A stretch of 64,000 bases of DNA from assembly GCA_963692775.1 (NCBI GenBank), contig OY839116.1, forward strand, positions 1,542,544 through 1,606,543, in the 5' to 3' direction. The notes below the pieces were generated by a model, which was not told the DNA's origin, did no database searches, and saw nothing but the letters and a program-made list of their open reading frames with translations. Both the position numbers and the translations under genes were made by a program. Positions within the stretch are counted from its first letter, which is position 1. Every line of letters starts with the position of its first letter. The stretch is from Dehalococcoidia bacterium. Its GTDB lineage: Bacteria; Chloroflexota; Dehalococcoidia; UBA2979. Below are positions 30,674 through 40,779 of the stretch, one piece after another.

Positions 30674-32431
30674 TCAGCGCGAGCGGTCGCCGAGGGCCTC
30701 GATCCACTCGCCGCTGCCGCCCGTGACGTCGCCCGTCTCGGCGTCGTCCAGCAGGTCGCCGACCTGGCGGCGGATGGCGGGGGCGTCGAGGCCGAGCACG
30801 CGCAGGACGTGGGCGGACATCTCCGCGCCGCTCTCGAGCTCCTCGCAGACCACCTGATCGGCGCCGAGGGCGAGCAGGCTGGCGCGTTCGGCGACGTAGC
30901 GCGTGCGCACGAGGATCGGGAGGTCCGGGGCCTCCGCGCGGGCGGCGGTGATGGCGATGCGCGCCGCGGGCGGGTCGTTCATCAGCAGCACGAACGCGCG
31001 CGCGTGGGCGATGCGCGCGTGCCGCAGCGCCTCGGGGCTGGTCGCGTCGCCGTAGTAGACGTGCTCGTGCTCGGCGCGCGCGGTGCGGACGGTCTCCGCG
31101 TTCAGTTCCAGCACGAGGTAGGGGATGCCCGCCTGCCCGAGCGCGCGGGCGAGCATCCGCCCGGCGACGCCGAAGCCGGCGACCACGACGTGCCCGGACA
31201 GCGCGGCGTCCTGGGGGGTGGGTTCGTCGATGCCGCGCGCGCGGAGCAGGCGTTCGAGCGGCCGCAGCAGCGCCTCGCCCGCGTGCATCTCGCGGGTCCA
31301 GCGCATCAGCAGCCGCGAGACGATGATGCTGACCACGCCGGTGGTGACGATCAGCCGCACCTCGGAGGACGCGATCAACCCCTCGTTCGCGCCGAGGATC
31401 AGCACCACGTAGCCGAACTCGCCGAACTGCGAGAGGTAGATCCCGGCGCGCCAGGCGGCCCGCGCCGGGTAGCGCATCGCCACCGCCGCGAGCGAGGCGA
31501 TCAGCGCCTTGCCGGGCACGAGGCCGAGCACGATCAGCGCGGCCAGCAGCGGCTCCTGCGCGAACACCCGCCAGTCGACGAGCATCCCCAGCGAGATGAA
31601 GAAGAAGCTCGTGAAGGCGTCGCGCAGCGGGATGATGTCGCTCGTCGCGCGGTGCGAGTAGTCGGTGTCGGCCAGCAGCAGGCCGGCGAGGAACGCGCCC
31701 AGCGCGACCGAGAGCCCGAGCAGGTTCATCAGCCAGGCGGAGCCGAGGGCGACCGAGATCACCATCAGCAGGAACACCTCGCGCGTGCGCGTGGCGTCGA
31801 CGGCCCCGAAGACGCGCGGCACCACGAAGCGGGCGACGAGCATCATCGCGGCGATCGCGAGCGCGGCCCGCGCCAGCGCCCAGCCGGCGTCGAACACGAA
31901 GGATCCGCCACTGCCCCCGGCCAGCACCGGGACGAGCAGCGTGAGCGGGACGATCAGCAGGTCCTGGAAGATCAGCGCTCCCACGGTGAAGCGCCCGTGC
32001 GGCGCCGCCAGCTCGCCCCGCACCGCGAGCACCCGCAGCACGACGACGGTGCTGGAGAGGGCGACGACGAAGCCGAAGACCAGCCCGCGCTCCACGCTGT
32101 CGCCGGCAAGGAGGAGGATCGCGAGCGCCGCCGCCGTCGTGACCCCCACCTGCAGCGAGCCGCCGATCGCCACCGTGCGCCAGATGTAGCGCAGCCGCGA
32201 GAGCGAGAACTCGAGGCCGATCGCGAAGAGCAGCAGGATCACGCCGACCTCGGCGATCTGCGCGATGCTGTCCGGGTTGGTCACGAACTGGAGGCCGTGC
32301 GGGCCGGCGATGCTGCCGGTGATCAGGAAGCCGATCGTGGCGGGCAGGCCGAGGCGGTGCAGGCCGAGCGCGGTCGCCACGGCGAGCAGCCCGATGACCG
32401 CCAGTTCGCCGACCAGTGCGTGATCGTCCAT
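30674..32431 (-). CDS. monovalent cation:proton antiporter-2 (Kef-type) with C-terminal RCK/TrkA-N domain
   Basis: Multi-TM Na/H-exchanger fold plus Rossmann VVVAGFGVAGRMLARAL TrkA-N domain. Confidence 0.85.
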   Translation of the reverse strand: MDDHALVGELAVIGLLAVATALGLHRLGLPATIGFLITGSIAGPHGLQFVTNPDSIAQIAEVGVILLLFAIGLEFSLSRLRYIWRTVAIGGSLQVGVTTAAALAILLLAGDSVERGLVFGFVVALSSTVVVLRVLAVRGELAAPHGRFTVGALIFQDLLIVPLTLLVPVLAGGSGGSFVFDAGWALARAALAIAAMMLVARFVVPRVFGAVDATRTREVFLLMVISVALGSAWLMNLLGLSVALGAFLAGLLLADTDYSHRATSDIIPLRDAFTSFFFISLGMLVDWRVFAQEPLLAALIVLGLVPGKALIASLAAVAMRYPARAAWRAGIYLSQFGEFGYVVLILGANEGLIASSEVRLIVTTGVVSIIVSRLLMRWTREMHAGEALLRPLERLLRARGIDEPTPQDAALSGHVVVAGFGVAGRMLARALGQAGIPYLVLELNAETVRTARAEHEHVYYGDATSPEALRHARIAHARAFVLLMNDPPAARIAITAARAEAPDLPILVRTRYVAERASLLALGADQVVCEELESGAEMSAHVLRVLGLDAPAIRRQVGDLLDDAETGDVTGGSGEWIEALGDRSR

Positions 32432-32659
32432 CCGAGGTTCCCGCTGCCCGCGCCTCTCAGGCTACGCCCAACGCGCCGCCACGCGACAGCGCCGCGCGCC
32501 GAGCGGGACTGCGATCGCCCGCCGGAAGCGCCCGCGGGGCGGCCCGCGGGAAGGGTGCGGCTTGCCCTCTGTTCAATCGGGTGCGCGGTGCGGTAGAATA
32601 TTGGGCGTCCACCTGTCCCCTGGTTCGGAAGCCGTCACGCAGGACGGCGTATAACGCGC

Positions 32660-34120
32660 ATGACACCTTCATCTTCACGGGGGCGCCGAGACGCCTCCAC
32701 CCGGACTGCCGACGAGCCGAGCGCCGCCCGCGCCGCGGACGGCCGCGACGCGCGCGAGGGTCGTGATGGCCGTGACGGACGCGACGGACGCGAGGGCCGC
32801 AACGGCGGACGCTGGCGGCGCCGCGAGCGCGCTCCGCGCCCCGACGGCCCGCCTCCGCCCAGCCTCGACATCGCGGAGCTCGAGGCGCGCACGCAGGACC
32901 AGCTGATCGAGCTCGCCACCGAGCAGGGCGTCGAGAACCCGCACACCTACAACAAGCAGGATCTGCTGTTCCGCATCCTGCGTCACCAGGCCGAGCGCCA
33001 GGGCACGATCTACGCCGGCGGCGTGCTCGCGATCGTCGATGACGGCTTCGGCTTCCTGCGCGGCGAGCGGCTGGTGCCGGGCCCCAACGACGTCTACGTC
33101 TCGCAGTCCCAGATCCGCCGCTTCGGCCTGCGCGGCGGCGACTACGTGACCGGCCAGGTGCGCCAGCCCAAGGACTCGGAGAAGTACTACGGCCTGCTCC
33201 GCGTCGAGGCGGTGAACGGCGTCGATCCCGAGGTTGCGCGGCGACGCCCCAACTTCGAGGAGCTGACCCCGATCTTCCCGGACGAGATGCTGGAGCTGGA
33301 GACCACGAGCAGCGAACTGAGCCAGCGCATCGTCGATCTGTTCTCGCCGGTCGGGCGGGGGCAGCGCGGCCTGATCGTCTCGCCGCCGAAGGCGGGCAAG
33401 ACGATGCTGCTCAAGTCGATCGCGCACGGCATCGCGATCAACAACCCCGAGGTCCACCTCATGGTGCTGCTCGTCGGCGAGCGGCCGGAGGAGGTCACGG
33501 ACATGCGCCGCTCCGTGCGCGGCGAGGTGATCGCCTCGACCTTCGACGAGCCCGTCGAGGACCACACGCGCGTCGCCGAGGTGGCGATCGAGCGGGCGCG
33601 GCGGCTGGTCGAGGGCGGCACGGACGTGGTGATCCTGATGGATTCGATCACGCGGCTGGCGCGCGCCTACAACCTGGCGATTCCGGCCAGCGGGCGCACC
33701 CTCTCGGGCGGCATCGATCCGATCGCGCTGTACCCGCCCAAGCGATTCTTCGGCTCGGCGCGCAACATCGAGGGCGGCGGCTCCCTGACGATCATCGCCA
33801 CCTGCCTCGTCGAGACGGGCTCGCGCATGGACGACGTGATCTTCGAGGAGTTCAAGGGCACGGGAAACATGGAGATCCGGCTCGAGCGGCGGCTCGCGGA
33901 GAAGCGCGTCTACCCGGCGATCGACATCTTCGCCTCCTCGACGCGCCGCGAGGATCTGCTGTTCTCCGAGGAGCAGCTGCGGCAGGTCTGGCTGCTGCGC
34001 CGCATGGCCGCGATGATCAGCGACAACGGCGCCGATGCGACCGAGGACGTGCTGGAGCGCGTCGCCAAGACCGAGACGAACGAGGAGTTCCTCGGCAACC
34101 TCAAGTCCGGGGTCCTCTAG
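32660..34120 (+). CDS. rho: transcription termination factor Rho with RD-rich N-terminal insertion
   Basis: Walker A PPKAGKT, RNA-binding Q/R loops, C-terminus [17 protein letters not shown]; N-terminal [20 protein letters not shown] low-complexity insert. Confidence 0.9.
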   Translation: MTPSSSRGRRDASTRTADEPSAARAADGRDAREGRDGRDGRDGREGRNGGRWRRRERAPRPDGPPPPSLDIAELEARTQDQLIELATEQGVENPHTYNKQDLLFRILRHQAERQGTIYAGGVLAIVDDGFGFLRGERLVPGPNDVYVSQSQIRRFGLRGGDYVTGQVRQPKDSEKYYGLLRVEAVNGVDPEVARRRPNFEELTPIFPDEMLELETTSSELSQRIVDLFSPVGRGQRGLIVSPPKAGKTMLLKSIAHGIAINNPEVHLMVLLVGERPEEVTDMRRSVRGEVIASTFDEPVEDHTRVAEVAIERARRLVEGGTDVVILMDSITRLARAYNLAIPASGRTLSGGIDPIALYPPKRFFGSARNIEGGGSLTIIATCLVETGSRMDDVIFEEFKGTGNMEIRLERRLAEKRVYPAIDIFASSTRREDLLFSEEQLRQVWLLRRMAAMISDNGADATEDVLERVAKTETNEEFLGNLKSGVL

Positions 34121-34418
34121 CCTCGCACCGGCGCGGAAGTCCGCCCGCGACCGGCGCCCCCGGCCCGCAGTAACGCTCCGTGCTAAGATTTGCTTTCCCG
34201 TGGGCGGATTCCTGCCCGGCGGTTGTTGACGCCAGCCCGGGGGTGACGGCGTCCGGCCGGAGGAGGGGCGCATCACTGGCATCGGTCCCGTTCTCCCCCG
34301 ATCGCGCTCCACGCTCGGGCGCGAAGCGTGGCTCCCGCAGCGTCGGCAGGTTGCCGCTGTCGAAGCCCCGTGGCTCCCGCTGTCCCGTCCCGCCCTGTAC
34401 GCGGCGTTCGTCGCCCTC

Positions 34419-35549
34419 GTGCTGGCGGTCGTCGTGTTCGCCGGGCTGTTCCCGGCTACCGAGCGCTCCACGCCGCCGGCCCCGCTGCTGAGGGCTTCGC
34501 AGATCTCGCTGCCGGGCCTCGCCGGGGCTTCCACCTGGACGCGGCCCGCGGCCACCCCGGTGGCGGCTCCCGAGCCGATCGAGCTGCCGACGGTCAATCC
34601 CCTCGATCAGGGCCAGCGGGCGATCAGTCCGCAGCAACAGCGGGAGCAGGCCGCGGCAGCGACGACCGAGGGCCAGGCGCCCCTTTCCGAGACCGACATC
34701 GCAGCGGCCGCCCGGCAGGCGGCCGTGGCGCCGCCCGCTTCGGCCGTGACCCGTGAGCGCGAGCCGCAGTCGCGCCCGCTGTTCTACCGCTACGAGGTAC
34801 GGGCGGGCGACACCGTCAGCGGCATCGCCGAACGCTTCGGCATCGCCGCCAACTACATCCTGTGGAACAACATCGACATCATCGACGACGCCGACGTCCT
34901 GAGCGTGGGCGAGGAGCTGCAGGTGCCGAGCGTGGCGGGGATCCTCCACGGCGTTCGCTACGGCGAGACGCTGCTGGAGATCGCCGAGCGCTACGACGCC
35001 AGGCTCGTCGAGATCATCGAGGTGAACGGGCTGGAGAGCGACGGCAGCATCTACGCCGGCGATACCATCCTCGTGCCCGGAGGGCGCATCGTCGCGCCGC
35101 CGCGGCCGACCATCCGCCCGACCGCCACGGCGGCGCCCGCGAGCGTCGCGACGCCGCAGTCGGCGGCGGCGGCGGCGTCCGCCTTCAACTTCATCTGGCC
35201 CACCAGGGACATCATCACCTCGTACTTCGGACCCAGCCATCCGCTCGGGATCGATATCAGGGCGCCGGTGGGCACGCCGATCAAGGCGGCGGCGGACGGC
35301 ACGGTGATCTTCGTGGGAGGCCCCAGGTGCTGCTCCTACGGGCTCCACGTGGAGGTCAAGCACGACGGCGGGTTCACGACCCTCTACGCGCACCTGCGCG
35401 ACTTCGCCGTCGAGACCGGCGACGAGGTCAAGGCAGGCACGGTCCTCGGCTTCGCCGGCCTGACCGGGCGCACCACGGGCCCGCACCTGCACTTCGAGAT
35501 CGAACTCAACGGGGTGCGCCGCAACCCGATGATCTACCTGTCCGACTGA
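34419..35549 (+). CDS. LysM-domain M23 family peptidase
   Basis: Two LysM repeats (YEVRAGDTVSGIAERFG, HGVRYGETLLEIAERYD) and M23 catalytic core (HLRDFAVETGDEVKAGTVLGFAGLTGRTTGPHLHFEI); start ambiguous: GTG 34419 lies inside the TM helix, a strong GGAGGAGG RBS sits at 34254 followed only by an in-frame ATC. Confidence 0.75.
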   Translation: MLAVVVFAGLFPATERSTPPAPLLRASQISLPGLAGASTWTRPAATPVAAPEPIELPTVNPLDQGQRAISPQQQREQAAAATTEGQAPLSETDIAAAARQAAVAPPASAVTREREPQSRPLFYRYEVRAGDTVSGIAERFGIAANYILWNNIDIIDDADVLSVGEELQVPSVAGILHGVRYGETLLEIAERYDARLVEIIEVNGLESDGSIYAGDTILVPGGRIVAPPRPTIRPTATAAPASVATPQSAAAAASAFNFIWPTRDIITSYFGPSHPLGIDIRAPVGTPIKAAADGTVIFVGGPRCCSYGLHVEVKHDGGFTTLYAHLRDFAVETGDEVKAGTVLGFAGLTGRTTGPHLHFEIELNGVRRNPMIYLSD

Positions 35550-35562
35550 GGGCGCGAACGCG

Positions 35563-36270
35563 CTAGCGGCGCGAAGCCTCCAGCAACACGACGCGCTGCT
35601 CCTCGCCGAGCTGGCGGGGGCGGATGCTCAGCCTCGGCAGCGGCTCGCCGCCGCTGAGGCCGGTGGCGTCGAGGAAGGCGCGCAGCACGGCGGGCTGCTC
35701 GCCCGCGTCCGCCGGACCGTCGTAGCTGACGGGGATCACGATCGTCGGCTCCAGGTCGCGCACTGTGCGCGCCGCGCGCTCGGGCGCGACCGCCTCGTCG
35801 CCGCCGATCGGCACGATCAGGATGTCGATGTTGCTGAACAGGCCGTGCTCGTCCTCGCGCGGCGGCGTGCAGCCGCTGCCGAGGTGCGCGAGGTGCATCC
35901 CCTCCGCCTCGACGACGTAGGCGATGTTGCGCTCGAACGCGGCGCCCTCCCCGTCGCGGGCGAGCGGGCTGGGCAGGCCGAAGAGCTGGACGCCCTCGAT
36001 CTCGTATTCGCCGGGGCCGTCGATGATGATCGGCTGGCCCCGCACCCCGCCGGCGTGGCCGTGGTGGGGGTGGTGGCGGCTGAGCGTCACGATGTCGGCG
36101 GTGGGGCGGCCCATGTCGAAGCCGGCCTCGCGACCCGCCGGGTCCATGACGACGGCCGCCTGCCGCGTGCGCAGCCGCACGCAGGCGTGTCCGAGCCAGT
36201 TGATGTCCATGTGGCGGCGCAGCCCTTCCGTGCCGCCGCGATCGTAGCGAGCGAGCGCCACAGTCGCCAT
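35563..36270 (-). CDS. MBL-fold metallo-hydrolase
   Basis: HxHxDH motif SRHHPHHGHAGG, beta-lactamase-like fold; alternative start at 36210 (MDINWLGHA). Confidence 0.7.
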   Translation of the reverse strand: MATVALARYDRGGTEGLRRHMDINWLGHACVRLRTRQAAVVMDPAGREAGFDMGRPTADIVTLSRHHPHHGHAGGVRGQPIIIDGPGEYEIEGVQLFGLPSPLARDGEGAAFERNIAYVVEAEGMHLAHLGSGCTPPREDEHGLFSNIDILIVPIGGDEAVAPERAARTVRDLEPTIVIPVSYDGPADAGEQPAVLRAFLDATGLSGGEPLPRLSIRPRQLGEEQRVVLLEASRR

Positions 36271-36314
36271 ACCCGGCCACGGCCGTCGCCCGGGATCCCG
36301 CGCGGTAGTGCGGC

Positions 36315-36887
36315 CTACTCCGCTTCGGCGGCGAGGGCCGCGGCGAGCTGGCGCAGCGTGCGGTGGTGCAGCGCCTTCACGGCGCCCTCGCTGCGGCCGA
36401 GGATGCGGCCGATCTCGGCGTTGGTCAGGCCGTCGACGTACTTGAGCGTGATCAGGCGCTGGCGGTCGGGCGCGAGCGCCGCCGCAGCGTCGCGCACGCG
36501 CTGCGTCTCCTCCCGCGCCTCGAGCGTGGACTCCGGTCCCGGCGCGTCGGAGGGCACGGCGAGCGCCTCGTCGAGCGGCGCGGATTGCGGCCTGCGTCCG
36601 CGATCGCGGTACCAGTTGGCCAGCAGGTTGTGGGCGATGGACATCAGCCAGGACTCGAACTTGCCGCGCCCGCGGTAGCTGCCGAGGCTGGCGAAGGCGT
36701 TGGTGAAGGTGCGCGAGGTCAGTTCCTCGGCGTCGCTCACGCTGCTGGTGCGGGACAGCAGGTAGCGGTAGACGCGGCCGGCGTGCGCCTCGTACAGCTC
36801 GGAGAAGGCGTCGCGCGCTTCGTCCGCGCGGGCGGGATCGCCGGCCTGCGCCGGGGCGGCGGTGTGGCGGTCCGAATCGCGGTCCAT
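36315..36887 (-). CDS. ECF-type RNA polymerase sigma factor
   Basis: Region 2 (FSELYEAHAGRVYRYLLSR) and region 4 HTH (YVDGLTNAEIGRILGRSEGAVKALHHRTLRQL). Confidence 0.75.
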   Translation of the reverse strand: MDRDSDRHTAAPAQAGDPARADEARDAFSELYEAHAGRVYRYLLSRTSSVSDAEELTSRTFTNAFASLGSYRGRGKFESWLMSIAHNLLANWYRDRGRRPQSAPLDEALAVPSDAPGPESTLEAREETQRVRDAAAALAPDRQRLITLKYVDGLTNAEIGRILGRSEGAVKALHHRTLRQLAAALAAEAE

Positions 36888-36946
36888 GCGCTCCCGCCTC
36901 GTGCTCTCGATCCCGCGCGGATGCGCCTTCCGGGCCCGTCCGAGCG

Positions 36947-36976
36947 TTGACCGGGTGGGTGTCCGGCGGCTAGAAT
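36947..36976 (+). promoter_or_regulatory. sigma-70-like promoter TTGACC-n18-TAGAAT of the hrcA operon
   Basis: Direct sequence match immediately upstream of CIRCE. Confidence 0.55.
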
Positions 36977-36984
36977 CCAGTTTG

Positions 36985-37011
36985 TTAGCACTCTCCCCAT
37001 GAGAGTGCTAA
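36985..37011 (+). promoter_or_regulatory. CIRCE operator TTAGCACTC-n9-GAGTGCTAA (HrcA binding site)
   Basis: Perfect match to the CIRCE consensus; sits between the promoter and hrcA. Confidence 0.9.
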
Positions 37012-37040
37012 TCCGCGGGGTAGACCGGGATGGAGGGCCC

Positions 37041-38054
37041 GTGCTCACTCAGCGCCGGGCGGACATCCTCAATCTCGTCGTAGACGAGTATATCGGCACG
37101 GCTGCGCCGGTGAGTTCGCGCGCGCTGGTCGACCGCCACAACCTCGACGTCTCCACCGCCACCGTGCGCAACGAGCTGGCCGCGCTCGAGCAGGAGGGGT
37201 ACATCACGCACCCCTACACCTCGGCCGGCCGCGTCCCCTCCAACACGGGCTACCGCTTCTACGTCGAGCAGCTGATGGCCGAGGATCCGGTCGGCGCGGA
37301 CGAGCGGCGGACGATCGAGCACCAGTTCTACCAGGCGCCGCCGGGGCTGGATGAGTGGCTCGAGCTCGCCGCCTCGGTCCTCGCGGCGGCGGTCGGCAAC
37401 GTCGCCGTCGTCTCGCGTCCGCAGCGGCCGGTGCCGCACCTGCGGCAGGCGCAGCTGGTGCACCTGCGGCCCGGCGCCGCGCTGCTGGTGGCGGTGCTGG
37501 ACGACGGCAGCGTGCAGGAGCGGATCGTCGCGGCGCCGGAGAGCGAGGACCAGGCGGAGCTGCTCACCCGCGCCGCGCGCCTCAACGATCGGCTCTCGCT
37601 CTCCGACGCGGAGCGGATCCGCACCGTGGCGCCGCAGTTCGAGGACGACGACGACCGCCGGCTCGCGCTCGAGATCGCCGACCTGGTGGCGGAGGGGGCG
37701 AATGCGGCGCAACTCTTCATCGAAGGCATCCGCAAGGCGCTGGAGCAGCCGGAGTTCTCCACCACCGATCGCATGCTGGACGCAGTCGAACACCTCGAGG
37801 CCTACGAGCTCCGCGGCGCGCTGCGGCCGCCGCGGAGCCCGGACCCCGGCGCGCGCGTGCTGATCGGCGACGAGAACGAGCGGGGCTGGCTGCACGACTG
37901 GACGATGGTCATCTCGGCGTTCGGAGAGCCCGGCGGGGCCGTCGGCTCGGTCGCGGTGCTGGGCCCGACGCGGATGCATTACGGGCACACGATCCCGCGC
38001 GTCCGCTACTTCGCCCGGCTGATGACCGAGCTGCTGCACGAGCTCGATGGCTGA
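37041..38054 (+). CDS. hrcA: heat-inducible transcription repressor HrcA
   Basis: N-terminus LTQRRADILNLVVDEYIGTAAPVSSRAL winged helix plus HrcA C-terminal domain; the track ATG at 36999 is inside CIRCE, so start moved to in-frame GTG 37041 after GGAGG. Confidence 0.85.
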   Translation: MLTQRRADILNLVVDEYIGTAAPVSSRALVDRHNLDVSTATVRNELAALEQEGYITHPYTSAGRVPSNTGYRFYVEQLMAEDPVGADERRTIEHQFYQAPPGLDEWLELAASVLAAAVGNVAVVSRPQRPVPHLRQAQLVHLRPGAALLVAVLDDGSVQERIVAAPESEDQAELLTRAARLNDRLSLSDAERIRTVAPQFEDDDDRRLALEIADLVAEGANAAQLFIEGIRKALEQPEFSTTDRMLDAVEHLEAYELRGALRPPRSPDPGARVLIGDENERGWLHDWTMVISAFGEPGGAVGSVAVLGPTRMHYGHTIPRVRYFARLMTELLHELDG

Positions 38055-38655
38055 GGCGTCGCCCGCCGGCCGCACACACAACCCGATGACGAACCACCAG
38101 GAGCAAGACGACGTGCCTCTTGAAGGAGACAGCGCCGGGGAACCAACCGCCCCCGCCGGAGAGCCCGGCGGCGCGGACGAGGCCCCCGGCGACGCCGAGC
38201 GCATCGCCGCCCTCGAGGCGGAGGTGGCGGAGTTGACGGAGCGGCACGCCCGCGCGGTCGCCGATCTGCAGAACTACCGCCGCCGCGCCGAGGAGCGCTG
38301 GACGGAGCGGGCGCGGGCGCAGCTGGCGACGACGATGGCGCGCTGCCTGCCGCCGCTCGACGATCTGAACCGCGCCCTCGACTCGGTCGACGGAAACCTC
38401 GCGGGCGACCAGTGGGTCGAGGGGATCCGGCTGGTGCAGCGCAAGTTCCAGGAGATGCTGGCGGGCGCCGGCGTCGAGGAGATCGGCGGCGAGGGCGAGG
38501 CCTTCGATCCGCTGGTGCACGAGGCCGTCTCGTCCGCGCCGGGTCCGGACGGGCAGATCCTCGCGCTGGTGCGCGAGGGCTACCGCATCGAGAACTACGT
38601 GCTGCGACCGGCCCAGGTGGTGGTCGGGGGCGGCGAGGAGACGGAAGAACAGTAG
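38047..38655 (+). CDS. grpE: nucleotide exchange factor GrpE
   Basis: Coiled-coil DLQNYRRRAEE and GrpE C-terminal beta domain; 8-bp overlap with hrcA. Confidence 0.9.
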   Translation: MAEASPAGRTHNPMTNHQEQDDVPLEGDSAGEPTAPAGEPGGADEAPGDAERIAALEAEVAELTERHARAVADLQNYRRRAEERWTERARAQLATTMARCLPPLDDLNRALDSVDGNLAGDQWVEGIRLVQRKFQEMLAGAGVEEIGGEGEAFDPLVHEAVSSAPGPDGQILALVREGYRIENYVLRPAQVVVGGGEETEEQ

Positions 38656-38728
38656 GCATTGCCCGTGAGCGGGGCGGGCCCGCTCCCGAAAGCGAGACGA
38701 ACAGCAGGACGCACGCAGGGGGTACGAG

Positions 38729-40633
38729 ATGGCAAGAGTAGTCGGCATCGACCTCGGCACGACGAACAGCGCGATGGCGGTGATGGAGGGCGGCGAGCCC
38801 GTGATCATCGCCAACGCCGAGGGCGGCCGCACGACGCCCTCGATGGTCGCGGTCAGCGGCTCGGGCGAACGGCTCGTCGGGACCGTGGCGAAGCGCCAGG
38901 CGGTGACGAACCCGGACGGCACGATCTTCTCGGTCAAGCGGCTGATGGGCCGCCGCTTCGAGGACGCCGAGGTCACGCAGCTGCGGGAAGTCGCGCCCTT
39001 CGGCCTCAACGCGGCGAGCAATGGCGACGCACACGTGACGATGGGCGATCGCGACTACTCGCCGCCCGAGATCTCGGCGATGATCCTGCAGAAGCTGAAG
39101 GCGGACGCCGAGGCCTACCTCGGCGAGGAGGTCACCGAGGCGGTGATCACCGTGCCCGCCTACTTCAACGACTCGCAGCGCCAGGCCACGCGCGACGCCG
39201 GCCGCATCGCCGGCCTCGAGGTGTTGCGCATCATCAACGAGCCCACCGCCGCCTCGCTCGCCTACGGCCTCGACAAGAAGGGCGACGAGGTGATCGCGGT
39301 CTACGACCTCGGCGGCGGCACGTTCGACATCTCGATCCTCGAGATCGGCGACGGCACCTTCCAGGTGCAGGCCACGAACGGCGACACCTTCCTCGGCGGC
39401 GACGACTTCGACAACGCGGTGATCGACTTCCTGGTGGCGGAGTTCAAGCGCGACCAGGGCATCGACCTGGCCAGCGACCGGATGGCGCTGCAGCGCCTCA
39501 AGGAGGCCGCCGAGCGGGCCAAGATCGAGCTTTCGACCGCGCAGCAGAGCGAGGTCAACCTGCCGTTCATCACCGCGGACCAGAGCGGCCCGCGGCACAT
39601 GCAGATCACGATCACGCGCGCTCGCCTCGAGCAGCTCGTCGACGGCCTCGTCGAGCGCACGATCGGGCCGGTGCGGGACGCGCTCAAGGACGCGGGGATG
39701 CAGCCCTCGGACGTCGACGAGGTGGTGCTGGTCGGCGGGATGACGCGCATGCCGCTGGTGCAGGAGAAGGTGCGCGAGTTCTTCGGCAAGGATCCGCACC
39801 AGGGCGTCAACCCGGACGAGGTCGTCGCGATCGGCGCGGCGATCCAGGCGGGCGTGCTGCGCGGCGACGTCAAGGACGTGCTGCTGCTCGACGTGACGCC
39901 GCTGACGCTTGGCATCGAGACGCTGGGCGGGGTGCTGACCTCGCTGATCGAGCGCAACACGACGATCCCGACGAGCGCGCAGCAGACCTTCTCGACCGCG
40001 GCCGACAACCAGCCGTCCGTGGAGATCCACGTGCTGCAGGGCGAGCGGCCGATGGCGGCCGACAACAAGTCGCTGGCGCGCTTCATCCTCGACGGCATCC
40101 TGCCCGCCCCGCGCGGCGTCCCGCAGATCGAGGTCGAGTTCAACATCGACGCGAACGGGATCGTGACGGTCTCGGCGCGCGACAAGGCGACGGGCAAGGA
40201 GCAGCACGTCACGATCCAGGCGAGCTCCGGCCTCACCGACGACGAGGTCGAGCGCCTCACGCGCGAGGCCGAGGAGCACGCGGCCGAGGACGCGGCGCGG
40301 CGCGAGGCGGTGGAGCTGCGCAACGCGGCCGACAACCTCGCCTACTCGGCGGAGCGCACGCTCAGCGAGCACGCGGACAAGATCGACGACGAGATGAAGG
40401 GCCGCGTCGAGGCGGCCATCGCCGAGGTGCGCTCCGCCCTCGCCGACACGGACGCCGACGCCGCGGCGTTGCAGCCGAAGGTGGAGGCGCTCTCGCAGGC
40501 GATGCAGGAGATCGGCGAGGCGGTCTACACCGCCACGGCTGCCGAGGCCGAGGCTGGCGGCGACGGAGCGGCCGGCGAGGCGGACGACGAGGAGGCGGCG
40601 AGCACCGTCGAGGGCGAGTTCCGCGAGGTCTAG
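38729..40633 (+). CDS. dnaK: molecular chaperone DnaK (Hsp70)
   Basis: [31 protein letters not shown] Hsp70 signatures. Confidence 0.95.
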   Translation: MARVVGIDLGTTNSAMAVMEGGEPVIIANAEGGRTTPSMVAVSGSGERLVGTVAKRQAVTNPDGTIFSVKRLMGRRFEDAEVTQLREVAPFGLNAASNGDAHVTMGDRDYSPPEISAMILQKLKADAEAYLGEEVTEAVITVPAYFNDSQRQATRDAGRIAGLEVLRIINEPTAASLAYGLDKKGDEVIAVYDLGGGTFDISILEIGDGTFQVQATNGDTFLGGDDFDNAVIDFLVAEFKRDQGIDLASDRMALQRLKEAAERAKIELSTAQQSEVNLPFITADQSGPRHMQITITRARLEQLVDGLVERTIGPVRDALKDAGMQPSDVDEVVLVGGMTRMPLVQEKVREFFGKDPHQGVNPDEVVAIGAAIQAGVLRGDVKDVLLLDVTPLTLGIETLGGVLTSLIERNTTIPTSAQQTFSTAADNQPSVEIHVLQGERPMAADNKSLARFILDGILPAPRGVPQIEVEFNIDANGIVTVSARDKATGKEQHVTIQASSGLTDDEVERLTREAEEHAAEDAARREAVELRNAADNLAYSAERTLSEHADKIDDEMKGRVEAAIAEVRSALADTDADAAALQPKVEALSQAMQEIGEAVYTATAAEAEAGGDGAAGEADDEEAASTVEGEFREV

Positions 40634-40641
40634 CCTCGCGG
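40621..40641 (+). terminator. hairpin CCGCGAGG-tctag-CCTCGCGG spanning the dnaK stop codon
   Basis: Perfect 8-bp inverted repeat with the TAG stop in the loop; no U-tract. Confidence 0.4.
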
Positions 40642-40650
40642 GTCCGGCTC

Positions 40651-40775
40651 GCGCGAAAGTGTGCGGCACATTTCTGGATGGGTGCAGCGCGCACTTTCAC
40701 CGTGGCGGGTGGAAGTGCGCGGTTTATTTTTTGGGGGCTGTAGCGTACACTTTCTGGGTGAAAGTGTACGGTTCG
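40651..40775 (+). repeat. three dyad-symmetric elements sharing the core GAAAGTGT / ACACTTTC in the AT-rich dnaK-fic spacer
   Basis: R1 40655-40674 GAAAGTGTGC-GGCACATTTC; R2 40688-40721 CGCGCACTTTC-n12-GGAAGTGCGCG; R3 40744-40770 CGTACACTTTC-tgggt-GAAAGTGTACG (perfect 11-bp arms); a T-run tttatttttt between R2 and R3. Confidence 0.7.
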
Positions 40776-40779
40776 ATTT

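Noticed and set aside
36999-37040. ATG at 36999 as the hrcA start (ORF track)
   Set aside because: It lies inside the CIRCE operator spacer. The conserved HrcA N-terminus begins at the in-frame GTG 37041, preceded by GGAGG.
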